The notes under the pieces are model-generated. The model saw only the letters and a program-made list of their open reading frames with translations. It did no database searches and had not been told where the DNA came from. This document shows positions 1-10,271 of a stretch of 64,000 bases of DNA, piece by piece (positions within the stretch are counted from its first letter, which is position 1; the number at the start of each line of letters is the position of its first letter). Position numbers and translations under genes: made by a program. Source of the stretch: Ranitomeya imitator (lineage: Eukaryota); assembly GCF_032444005.1 (NCBI RefSeq), contig NC_091285.1, forward strand, positions 608,034,001-608,098,000. Reading direction: 5' to 3'.

Positions 1-300
1 AACTGATGCACTGAAGAAATCCTGCACTTTAATGGGAATTTTTCAGTATGATCCATCCCCATGATATCTGATGTCATATTACAGAAAAATCCATTTTTTT
101 CTTAATATGTAAATGAGTTGTTAAGATCTATGGGCTGGACAAAGATCTCCCTGAGAATCTGCCTCCAGAGCTTATTGTAAATGAAAGTGGCAGTTACCAG
201 TGTGAGTCGTGTAATGACTGACAGTCTGCTCTGAATCTACATGTCTCACTCTGGTAATGCCCTTTTTAATTTAAAATAAGCCCTGGGGGCAGATTCTTAA

Positions 301-1061
301 GGTACCGTTACACTAAACGACTTACCAATGATCACGACCAGCGATACGACCTGGCCGTGATCGTTGGTAAGTCGTTGTGTGATCGCTGGGGAGCCGTCAC
401 ACAGACAGCTCTCTCCAGCGACCAACGATCAGGGGAACGACTTCGGCATCGTTGAAACTGTCTTCAACTATGCCAAAGTCCCCCTGCAGCACCCGGGTAA
501 CCAGGGTAAACATCGGGTTACTAAGCGCAGGGCCGCACTTAGTAACCCGATATTTACCCTGGTTACCACTGTAAAAGTAAAAAAACAAACAAAAAAAAAC
601 ACTACATACTTACATTCCGATGTCTGTCACGTCCCCCGCTGTCAGCTTCCCTGCACTGACTGTGTCAGCGGCGCCGACCGTAAAGCAGCACAGCGGTGAC
701 GTCACCACTGTGCTCTGCTTTACGGCCGGTGCTGACAGTCAGTGCAGGGAAGCTGATGGCGGGGGACGTGACAGACATCGGAATGTAAGTATGTAGTGTA
801 GTGGCCCTGCACTTAGTAACCCGATATTTACCCTGGTTACAAGTGAACACATCACTGGATCGGCGTCACACACGCCGATCCAGCGATGACAGCGGGAGAT
901 CAGCGACCAAAAAAAGGTCCTGATCATTCCCCACGACCAACGATCTCCCAGCAGGGGCCTGATCATTGGTCGCTGTCACACATAAGGAGATTGTTAGCGG
1001 GATCGTTGCTATGTCACAAAAAGCGTGATGTTGCAACGATATCGTTATGTGTGAAGGTACC
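301..1061. mobile_element. Non-autonomous MITE, family A (PIF/Harbinger-like or TTAA-type)
   Basis: TIRs GGTACCGTTACAC / GTGTGAAGGTACC flanked by TTAA on both sides. Internal foldbacks (GGTAACCAGGGTAAACATCGGGTTACTAAG...). Related copies at about 3100-3518 and 39143-39865. Confidence 0.85.
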
Positions 1062-2543
1062 TTAAGGGAGATCTATCTCTGACCCATAGATCTTATCAGA
1101 TGATGTACAAATTAAGAAAAATGTGGCTTTGTCTGGAATAAGACATCGGGTCGCCGATATCAAGGTGTCACTTTAATTGGGTTGCTGTGACCTCACTGTC
1201 CATATAGGTGTCTTAGGAGGGTCAATCCTACTGACAGTTTCCATTTTTAAAGGGGTTCTCTACTACTGAATATTCTTGTACAAAAGGGCACATGGTGGTC
1301 TTAACATCAGAAAACTTATCCAATGGACCCCAACCATTCATGTCATGGCTGCAGCGTTTCCACTGGCTGTTGCGATTGGTGGATCTAGTGTATAGAGGTG
1401 CCTCCTGTCATTGTAACCCTGCCTCTGCTGATAAGCAGCCTGCTGAAAACTCTACCTGAAAAGACAGGAAGTAGGTGTCTGAATACGTCCCAGTGACCTG
1501 CGTGAAAGTTGCAGGATTACAATTATAATTTTTTATTGATATGAAAAAATGAAAGCATTGTCGAAAATGTCATGCATATAACACATACGTAATTCCTAAA
1601 ATGGATAATTTCCTAATGCTGGCTTCCATTTAATGTAGCTCCAATACATTTCCCTTTGTATTATTATAGCAGGTACTTAATTGGCTCATTAAGTCCTGGA
1701 GAGCCCCTTTAAATGCTCAAAATCCTATAATTGACCAGTGACCAACCATAGACGCAGATGCCGGTTATTAATACGCGGCGCTGGTTGAATGGACCGGAGT
1801 ATTTTCACATCTGCAATAAGTCTCCTTTTCCTTAGCTCTTCCTTCTGGGTTTCTAGTGAACTTTGGTCCTGAGTGGGGCTGATCAGTTTGGTTAGATGTG
1901 TTCTGTTACCCTGTCCTCACACCTCTGAAAGCAGGATGGGCCGGGATGGGGATTTTTTTGACACTTATTTCCGTCATGGAGAGAATACCATGGCCACCTC
2001 ACCATGGGCTCGTTCCCTATGTAATCTGACGCTTCTCGGGCCGGCCACATCAATCCGCTCTATTCAACTTTCTGCCTTTCATTAGAGGCATGTAGATTCT
2101 CTTTCTGCCGACCATTAAGCTTTGTATTGATACAGGGACCTCATTGTACGATGCAAAGGGGAAAAGAAAATTCTCTATCCCCATGATGTGACTGATAGTG
2201 AAGCTCATGTGAGCAAGATCTTACTATTTTGAGAAATCAGACTTTAATATGAAATTTATTCTATCTGTTAGGTCAAAGGCTGTACACACCGGTGACTCTC
2301 ATAGTGGCGCATTGCATGATACTGGGACCACAACAAAAAAATCCAATTCTGTTGTAATTTTCAAAAAAATGGCATAAAATCAACTGTATTTGTTTCCCCC
2401 GCAAACAGATATTGCTGCGAGCACGTGGCGCCCCAGACTTGGGCCTCATTCAGATTCCTTTTTTCTCATATATGAGAAAAATGGACATCAGAGGGGAGGT
2501 CAAAGTGTGCGAAAATGAGACTGGGCTGCATTTGGATGATATT

Positions 2544-2674
2544 NNNNNNNNNNNNNNNNNNNNNNNNNNNNNNNNNNNNNNNNNNNNNNNNNNNNNNNNN
2601 NNNNNNNNNNNNNNNNNNNNNNNNNNNNNNNNNNNNNNNNNNNNNNNNNNNNNNNNNNNNNNNNNNNNNNNNNN
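2544..2674. other. Assembly gap (131 N)
   Basis: Run of N. Confidence 1.
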
Positions 2675-2834
2675 GCTTTACCGATTTTTGATCCGACCAG
2701 TGGATGCAGTTGAACACTTCCTGCAATTTTCTTGGTCTATGAAAAATCATGGGCAGGAATGAGTGGTATCAATGATATGCAAATTGCCTCTTCTGAGAAA
2801 AAGAGGACTTATTATTATTATTATTATTTATTTA

Positions 2835-3098
2835 CTAGATGGCAGCCCGATTCTAAAGAATCGGGAGTCTAGAATCCATATATACTTTATTTATTCAAAT
2901 GTAAGAATAATACAATTAATAAATAATAGTAAGAAAGAACAAAAAATGGCTGCACTCACCAGCTCTTGACAATTCTTGTTATTTAAGTAAAAATTCAAAA
3001 ATCACACCAAAATGGCGGGCGGAGTGTGTCACAGTACGGCACGTTTCTGATTGGTCGCTCGTAGCAGGCGGCAACCAATCAGACACTGGACACTGTTG
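2835..3098 (-). mobile_element. Helitron-like 3' end fragment
   Basis: On the - strand, hairpin CCCGATTC-TTTA-GAATCGGG (2846-2865) is followed 7 nt later by CTAG (2835-2838) and then T. The 5' end was not identified. Confidence 0.6.
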
Positions 3099-3099
3099 A

Positions 3100-3518
3100 C
3101 GTCACCGCTCTGCTTTCCGGCCGCTGTGCTCACAGCCAGAGCAGAGAAGCACAGCGCCGGGGACAGACAGCGGTAGGTAAGTATGTAGCGTTTGTTTTTT
3201 TTACTTTAACGATGGTAACCAGGGTAAACATCGGGTTACTAAGCGCGGCCCTGCGCTTAGTAACCCGATGTTTACCCTGGTTACCAGTGAAGACATCGCT
3301 GAATCGGCGTCACACACGCCGATTCAGCGATGTCAGCGGGACCTCAACGATCAAAAAATGGCCCAGGCCATTCCGACACGACCAGCGATCTCACAGCAGG
3401 GGCCTGATCGCTGGTACGTGTCACACATAGCGAGATCGCTACTGAGATCGCTGTTGCGTCACAAAACTTGTGACTCAGCAGCGATCTCGCTAGCGATCTC
3501 GCTATGTGTGACGGGGCC
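3100..3518. mobile_element. Family A MITE, right half
   Basis: Shares the internal hairpin (about 3213-3286) and the right TIR GTGTGACGGGGCC with 301-1061 and 39143-39865; the left end is missing. Confidence 0.8.
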
Positions 3519-5345
3519 TTTACAGTGAGAGCTTGTGATCGTTATCTCTGACTTCCGGTCAGTCAGAAGTTGTGGTCACAAGATGGAGGATCAGGAATGG
3601 AGTGGCGCCTAGAAGAGCAGAAGCCGACGGCTGGTAAGGTAAGTATAATACTAGGGTCAGGGAATTGACATTAGCAGACCTGATCTCCGTCACATCTGGA
3701 CTTGGCCTTAGCATAAAAGTGTGGTCCATAAACACCCGCATAACGTTTTTTTTTTGGGTGGGATGGGAATGTTGGTGCAATGTTTTACTGGCATGATGGG
3801 AAAATTCTTATGTTCAAGGAGATGGCGTATTGCTATATTTTTGCCCCAGCCTCATGTTGGTCGCCTGCCGTGTGTTGTTGTGCACGGCCCATCCTGTGTT
3901 ACCTATAGACGTCCCTCCAGCTGTTTTTTCCCTTAAGGTCATTGCTCGAGAATTCTGTATTACAAGTTTGTGGAATCTTTCTTTCATGTCTTTGTGTATT
4001 GAGAGAAAAAAGGCAATGTGACCAATAGTAAAGATAGAATAAGTTGACATCACATCTCATGGTCGTGCATGGAGTCTCCCCTTTGTGCTGCCACTTTTTG
4101 TCATTTGTCAGTGTTGTGTCCCTTTATACAGGGGCTACACAGCAACATTGTCTAGGTCAGGGACAGGAGATGGCTCTGTGCCACTGCTACATTGTAGCAA
4201 AATGCACATGAATGGGATCGCCTTGTGACCTGTTGGGTACCCCAACCAGCAAGTCACAAAATACTGACACTGTTTGCAACTTCACAACAGCACCTATGGG
4301 TGGCAATGGGACCACATTCACTTGGTCTATGGCCACGGAACCTGACATGGAAAAAGTTGCTCCAGCTTTTTAAGGTAAATGGATTTTTCTATTCGCCACG
4401 ACAGCACCCACTAGAGAGAGGGGATCCGCCCCTAGGAACAGGAAACCTACAGAGAGATAAAAGGGGCGGCCCCCCCTCGCTCCTCAGTTGGTTTCCTGTT
4501 CCTAGATGGAGACCCACAGAGAAGACTCTATGGATAGGAAGAGGAAGACCTGCCTGGACTACCGCCTGTACGACTCTGCTGAGCGGCAGGGGTTCCAGAA
4601 GCAGGTAGACAGAGTCGGGGGAATGATCCTGCGGGCTCCCCCCTCATCTGGTGCGGCTGACAGGCAGCCTGAAGTTATCCAACGGTCTCCCTGCTGGGAC
4701 ACCGTTGTGGAGACGCCGACAGTGCGGGTACCTGGTGCGACGTCCTCCGGTGTGCGTCTGGGCAGCGGTGAGACGGTTCCACGATACGAGGCCCTCCTGT
4801 CCCTCCAAGGTAAGAGGTGACATGGTGGGATGCAGCAGGCAGCGGCGTCTCCCGGCATACAGGACGCGGGCGCATGCGCAGTAGCGTCGGCGTCCCGGAA
4901 ATGGAGAGGAACATCCGGGGCACGGTGTTGGAGGTCATTTCCGGGGGAACCGCCATATTGGATTCCCCCATGTGGTGCCATTACTCTAAACGCCGGATCT
5001 GTAAGTAAAAAAAAAAAAAAAAAAGTGGAGACAAAGCAAGGGGTGTGTACATTACTACACTATAAAGTGTAGTCAGTTAAGGCAGTCAGTGTGCCATTAT
5101 GTCGTCCCAAGAGGAGGTCAGGGTGCACCCTATGGAAGAGCCATTAGTCCCTAGTGGTGAAGCCAGGAAAAGGAATAGTGGACACTCTAAAATAAGTGAC
5201 TCCACTGATAAATCAGGAAGAAAATCCTCCCGTTCCACACCCCAAGCTAAGGCATCTCCGCAGCCGGTATAAATATTACGCTGGGTGAGTGCGTATATAG
5301 CTTCACTGAAGCTTATATTGATTCCTTTGCTTATATTATTTCTAG

Positions 5346-6575
5346 GCAAAGAGGACGGGGAAGAGTAAGCACAAACAATGTGCCATATGTACCGAACCCC
5401 TGCCTGACTCCTATCTTAAAAGTCTGTGTCAGGCATGTATAGACAACACCTTACGGCAGGAGGAATCGGTTAAAATGAATGAGATACGTCTCATAATTCG
5501 GGAAGAACTCCAGTCGTTGGGAGGTGGTTCTACTTCTTCAGTAAATATGGAGAAACGAAGGAGGAAAACATCCTCTCCTAGAGCTGACACATCAGCGGAG
5601 ATTGGGGAGGTCGACTCTGATATTTCTCAGCAATCTAATTCCTCAGAGGAAGAGGACTTCGTCTGTTTTCCAACTGAGGGCATAAACAACCTAGTAAAAT
5701 CAGTGAGAAATACGATGGGGGTGTCTGAATCAAAAGAACCCCAGACGCCACAAGAAGTTATGTTCGCTGGTCTTTCTCAGAAGAAAGGCCACGTATTTCC
5801 AATAAATCAGGCCATAAAAGATCTCGTTAAAAAAGAATGGAGTAGAGGTCAAAAGGGGTTGGTCCCAATATCCTGTAAGAGGCGCTACCCCTTTGATGAT
5901 GAGGATTTGAATACCTGGGCCAAGATACCAAAAGTCGATGCGGCAGTTGCGTCTACATCTCGCCGTTTCTCCTTACCAGTAGAGGATGCAGGTTCCTTAT
6001 CAGATCCTATGGACCGGAAATCAGACGCACTCCTTAAAAAATCGTGGGAGGCCTGTGTCACGGCATTCAAGCCGGCTATTTCAGCCACATGTACTGGCAG
6101 ATCAATGCTAGTCTGGCTGGATCAGCTGGATCAGAAGATTAAAAGTGGCGTATCTAGAGAAAAATTAAGGGCATCTATCCCTTTGATTAAAGGTGCTGCG
6201 GCTTTTATTTCAGATGCCTCAATTGATTCCCTCCGCCTGGCGGCCAGGACAGCTAATCTCGCTAATACGGCTCGGCGGGCTTTATGGTTAAAAAACTGGA
6301 AGGGGGATGCCCAGTCAAGATCCAAATTATGTTCCATACCCTGTCAGGGTGAGTACCTGTTTGGCACAGTCCTTGATGATATTCTCACTAAGGCGGGCGA
6401 GAGGAAGAAAGGATTCCCTAATCCCTTTATTCCGTCTTACAGAAGGGCGTTCAGGAAGCCACCATTCGGAAGAAAGGGAGGCTTCAGAGACAGGTGGAAT
6501 AATAAGGATTTCAAACAAAAAGGAAATCTGTTTAATAAACGCCCCTTCAAGCCAACCGATAAATTCCATCAGTGA
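5346..6575 (+). CDS. DIRS ORF1 (Gag-like), with an N-terminal C-x2-C-x12-C-x2-C motif
   Basis: The frame is open from 5346 (after ttttctag) through the annotated ATG at 5475 to TGA at 6575. It contains CAIC...CQAC, SDPMDRKSDALLKKSWEA and a basic C-terminus, and its position upstream of RT is typical of DIRS ORF1. Confidence 0.8.
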   Translation, partial: AKRTGKSKHKQCAICTEPLPDSYLKSLCQACIDNTLRQEESVKMNEIRLIIREELQSLGGGSTSSVNMEKRRRKTSSPRADTSAEIGEVDSDISQQSNSSEEEDFVCFPTEGINNLVKSVRNTMGVSESKEPQTPQEVMFAGLSQKKGHVFPINQAIKDLVKKEWSRGQKGLVPISCKRRYPFDDEDLNTWAKIPKVDAAVASTSRRFSLPVEDAGSLSDPMDRKSDALLKKSWEACVTAFKPAISATCTGRSMLVWLDQLDQKIKSGVSREKLRASIPLIKGAAAFISDASIDSLRLAARTANLANTARRALWLKNWKGDAQSRSKLCSIPCQGEYLFGTVLDDILTKAGERKKGFPNPFIPSYRRAFRKPPFGRKGGFRDRWNNKDFKQKGNLFNKRPFKPTDKFHQ

Positions 6576-8466
6576 TATTTCTCCGGTGGGGGGAAGACTA
6601 AAACAATTCAGTCATCAATGGAAAGAAATATCAACTAATCAATGGGCTATTAAATTAACATCCTCAGGCCTCACACTAGACTTTATTAAAACTCCTCCGG
6701 ATTCTTTCGTTCTTACCACCTTAAGATCCAAGCCTCAGCAAGAGGCACTTGAAACCGAGGTTAAAACCCTCCTACGCAAACATGTCCTAGTAGAGGTTCC
6801 ATCTTCTCAGATAGGGAGAGGTTTTTACTCTCCCTTGTTCCTGATTAGTAAGCCGGATGGCTCTTTCAGAACTATAATCAATTTGAGGAAGCTGAATTCC
6901 TTTATAAAACCTAAAACATTCAAAATGGAATCCATTCGTTCAGCTATAAAAAATCTATTTCCAAATTGTTACATGGTAGTATTGGATCTAAAAGATGCTT
7001 ACTACCATATTCCCATTCATAATTCACACCAACAATTTCTTCGGGTAGCAGTTTGTATAGAGGGGCAAATTCGTCATTTACAATATAGAGCAATGCCCTT
7101 CGGGTTATCTATGGCCCCAAGGATTTTTACTAAGTTACTATCAGAAGTAATGTCCTTTTTACGGGTAAAGGATACTTTGGTCATTCCATATCTAGATGAC
7201 CTGTTGATTGTAGGAAAGAGCCCCCTACAGTGTGAGCAGAGATTACGGGAAGTAGTCATATCCTTACAATCCCTGGGTTGGCTAGTTAATTGGGAAAAAT
7301 CTAGACTTCAGCCTGTAACGTGTCAAAGATTCCTTGGGCTCCTTCTGGATTCCGTTGACCAGATTTGTAAACTGCCTGAGGATAAGAAATTCTCCATAGT
7401 TGATAAGGTGTCCTCAGCAATAAAAAGACGTAGTATGTCACTAAGACAGGTCACGTCATTGCTAGGCTCTCTAACATCGTGCATTCCTGTGGTACAGTGG
7501 GCACAGTTCCATACTAGGCAGCTACAAAAATTTGTATTGGAGGAGGACATTAAGAATAGAGGATGTCTGGATAGAACAGTTTTTCTAACATCGGAAGTAT
7601 TACACTCCCTTAGGTGGTGGTTGGATCAGAATAATCTTTCAAAGGGGGTTCTATGGGTAATCACTCCTTCTAGTGTTGTGACCACAGATGCTAGTCCTGA
7701 AGGCTGGGGGGCACATTTTCAGGATCAATGGGTTCAGGATCTTTGGTCCAGCTCAGATCTTAATAATTCCTCGAATGTCAAGGAGTTGAGGGCGGTATAT
7801 TACTCCCTTCTCCACTTTCTTCCCCAGCTCAGCGGCTCTCATACAAGAGTATTCTCCGACAACACCACTGCGGTGGCGTATCTGAACCATCAGGGAGGTA
7901 CAAGGTCGGACAAACTCAGGGAGGTGGCATCAGACATCATGGAATTAGCTGAAGGTCATCTACTATCACTATCGGCAGTACACATCAGAGGCACAGACAA
8001 CTTTCGTGCCGATTTCCTGAGCCGTCATACTCTTCATCAAGGGGAATGGATGCTGAGCAGGAAGATTTTCAAGGCAATAACAGCTCGATGGGGTGTTCCT
8101 CAAATAGACTTGTTTGCCACAAGAGCCAACCGTCAAGTCAAGATGTTTGCCTCTCTAAACAGGGAGGACAAGCCAGACATACTCGATGCCCTCCAGACGC
8201 CATGGACATTCGATCTGGCCTATGCTTTCCCTCCATGGAATCTATTACCTATAGTAATAAGAAAAATAAGGGAGGAGGGCGCAAAAGTTCTGTTGATAGC
8301 CCCATTTTGGCCCAAGAGGCCATGGTTCTCATGGCTGAGGGCGATGTCAGTGTCAGATCCATGGATTCTGCCTCAGTCCAAGGACCTGCTCTCTCAGGGT
8401 CCATTCCTCCATCCTCAGGCAAAGGGCATGAACTTAACTGTCTGGAGTTTGAGAGGCGGTTACTAA
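6307..8466 (+). CDS. DIRS ORF2: reverse transcriptase - RNase H - adenine-methyltransferase-like domain
   Basis: Uninterrupted 719-aa ORF. RT motifs: DLKDAYYHIPI, MPFGLSMAPRIF, YLDDLL. RNase H motifs: TTDAS, KELRAV, FSDNTTAV, NFRADFLSR. MT-like motifs: IDLFA...YAFPPW...LIAPFWPKRPWF. Confidence 0.95.
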   Translation: MPSQDPNYVPYPVRVSTCLAQSLMIFSLRRARGRKDSLIPLFRLTEGRSGSHHSEEREASETGGIIRISNKKEICLINAPSSQPINSISDISPVGGRLKQFSHQWKEISTNQWAIKLTSSGLTLDFIKTPPDSFVLTTLRSKPQQEALETEVKTLLRKHVLVEVPSSQIGRGFYSPLFLISKPDGSFRTIINLRKLNSFIKPKTFKMESIRSAIKNLFPNCYMVVLDLKDAYYHIPIHNSHQQFLRVAVCIEGQIRHLQYRAMPFGLSMAPRIFTKLLSEVMSFLRVKDTLVIPYLDDLLIVGKSPLQCEQRLREVVISLQSLGWLVNWEKSRLQPVTCQRFLGLLLDSVDQICKLPEDKKFSIVDKVSSAIKRRSMSLRQVTSLLGSLTSCIPVVQWAQFHTRQLQKFVLEEDIKNRGCLDRTVFLTSEVLHSLRWWLDQNNLSKGVLWVITPSSVVTTDASPEGWGAHFQDQWVQDLWSSSDLNNSSNVKELRAVYYSLLHFLPQLSGSHTRVFSDNTTAVAYLNHQGGTRSDKLREVASDIMELAEGHLLSLSAVHIRGTDNFRADFLSRHTLHQGEWMLSRKIFKAITARWGVPQIDLFATRANRQVKMFASLNREDKPDILDALQTPWTFDLAYAFPPWNLLPIVIRKIREEGAKVLLIAPFWPKRPWFSWLRAMSVSDPWILPQSKDLLSQGPFLHPQAKGMNLTVWSLRGGY

Positions 8467-9484
8467 ATCTCAGGGGGTTTTCTAATGGGTTAATCGATAC
8501 TCTTATGAAGAGCAGAAAACCTTCAACTACCAGGATTTATGTTAGAATTTGGAGGAAATTCCTTCAATTTCATACTACACAATTTTCCTCTGAGATTCCT
8601 ATATTTCAAATATTAGAATTTCTACAAAAAGGGCTGGAATTAGGGCTCTCCGTGAGCACTCTGAAGGTGCAGGTTTCAGCATTAGGAGCTCTTTTTTTAA
8701 TCATGACATTGCAGGAAATAAATGGATATCCCGGTTTATATCCGCTTGTGAAAGATCAAAACCAATTAACATTCCTCGGGTTCCTCAGTGGGATCTTTCG
8801 ATAGTTTTGAATGCATTAACACAACCACCTTTTGAGCCTCTCCATACAGCCTCACTAAAGAACATTTCTTTGAAGACTGTTTTGCTAGTGGCATTAGTCT
8901 CTGCCAGAAGAGTGAGCGATCTCCATGCATTATCTATAGATCCTCCCTTTTTAACGGTAACATCAGATAGGATACTTTTAAAAACAGATCCTTGTTATCT
9001 CCCTAAGGTGGCTTCTACCTTTCATAGATCCCAGGAGATCTTGTTACCCACCTTTTATGAGAACCACTCAACTCCAGAAGAAGAAAGACTTCACACCCTA
9101 GATGTAAAAAGGTCTGTCCTAGCCTATTTAGAGAGAACTAGGGACTGGAGGAAGAGTAGGGCTCTCTTTGTGTCTTTCCAGGGTAAAACCAAGGGTGCCG
9201 GAGTCACAAAGAACACATTATCTCGCTGGATCAGAGAGGCCATAATCTTGGCGTATAAAGCTGGAGGGAGAGATCCTCCAATGCATGTCGGAGCACACTC
9301 TACAAGAGCCTTGTCGACTTCCTGGGCAGAAAGGGCGAATGTGCCAATAGACCTTATATGTAAGGCTGCAACTTGGTCTTCACCAAATACCTTCTATAAG
9401 CATTATAGATTAGATCTATCCTCTGCTTCTGATCTAACTTTTGGTGTATCGGTCCTTGACTCAGTAAACCCACCCAGTCTATAG
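8046..9484 (+). pseudogene. DIRS ORF3 tyrosine recombinase, split by a single frameshift at the T7 run 8692-8698
   Basis: The 5' part has MKSRKPSTTRIY...STLKVQVSAL. The 3' frame is open from about 8699 (NHDIAG...PQWDLSIVLNALTQPPFEPL) and carries RRVSDL (catalytic R), HSTR (HxxR) and AATWSSPNTFYKHY (W, Y). Confidence 0.9.
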
Positions 9485-9894
9485 TCTCTGCAATTCTCTC
9501 TAGTGGGTGCTGTCGTGGCGAATAGAAAATACCGGATTACGTACCGGTAATGCTCTTTTATAGAGCCCACGACAGCACCCGTTCACATCCCTCCCTTTTC
9601 TGTATATAGTTGCACATGGTGCTTGTTTGGTGAGGTGTAAATATTAGAAAGATATAATATGAGGTTGTAAATATGTATATACCTGAACCTGTTAACTAAA
9701 ACTTGGCGGCGGTTCCTCCTATTCTCTGTAAAACAACTGAGGAGCGAGGGGGGGCCGCCCCTTTTATCTCTCTGTAGGTTTCCTGTTCCTAGGGGCGGAT
9801 CCCCTCTCTCTAGTGGGTGCTGTCGTGGGCTCTATAAAAGAGCATTACCGGTACGTAATCCGGTATTTCTCTTTTGCAGGTAATATCTGGATTA

Positions 9895-10271
9895 GGCTAC
9901 TTTCACACTGGCATGGTACGACGTCCGTCGCAATACGTCGTTTTGGTGAAAAAAAAAAAAACGCATCCTGCAAAGTTGGCTGCAGGATGCGTTTTTTCCC
10001 CATAGACTAACATTAGCGACGCATTGCCACACATCGTGTTGTGGCGGACCGTCGGAACAAAAAAAGTCACATGTAATGTTTTTTTGTGCGTCGTGTCCGC
10101 CATTTCCAATCGTGCATGCACGGCCGGAACTCTGCCCCCTCCTCCCCGCAACTCACAATGGGGCAGCGGATGCGTTGTAGTAATGCATCCGCTGCCCCCG
10201 TTGTGCTGCGTTGTCACAGGATGCGTCGGCCCGACGCACTGAGACGGGCCGACGCTAGTGTGAAAGTAGCC
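9895..10271. mobile_element. PIF/Harbinger-like MITE
   Basis: TIRs GGCTACTTTCACACT / AGTGTGAAAGTAGCC flanked by TTA / TAA; palindromic body. Confidence 0.8.

Larger units (their letters stand above)
4385..9868 (+). mobile_element. Full-length DIRS1-like tyrosine-recombinase retrotransposon
   Basis: 95-bp inverted terminal repeats (4396-4490 / 9734-9828) read as a perfect match. The internal complementary region 9495-9580 is the reverse complement of the left end joined to the right end. Overlapping gag, RT/RH/MT and YR ORFs lie inside. Confidence 0.97.

Noticed and set aside
4506-4820. 104-aa ORF at the DIRS 5' end with a strong donor (CAAG|GTAAGA, 4809)
   Set aside because: The phase 1 donor does not match the phase 0 acceptor at 5345 and no domain is recognised. 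It could be a 5' UTR exon or uORF but is unsupported as a CDS.
4156-9885. Apparent splice donor (AAG|GTAAAT, 4374) and acceptor (TTTTGCAG|, 9879) flanking the DIRS, with a Cys-containing peptide upstream
   Set aside because: The reconstructed intron would be only about 24 nt, the upstream frames contain stops, and there is no recognisable homology.
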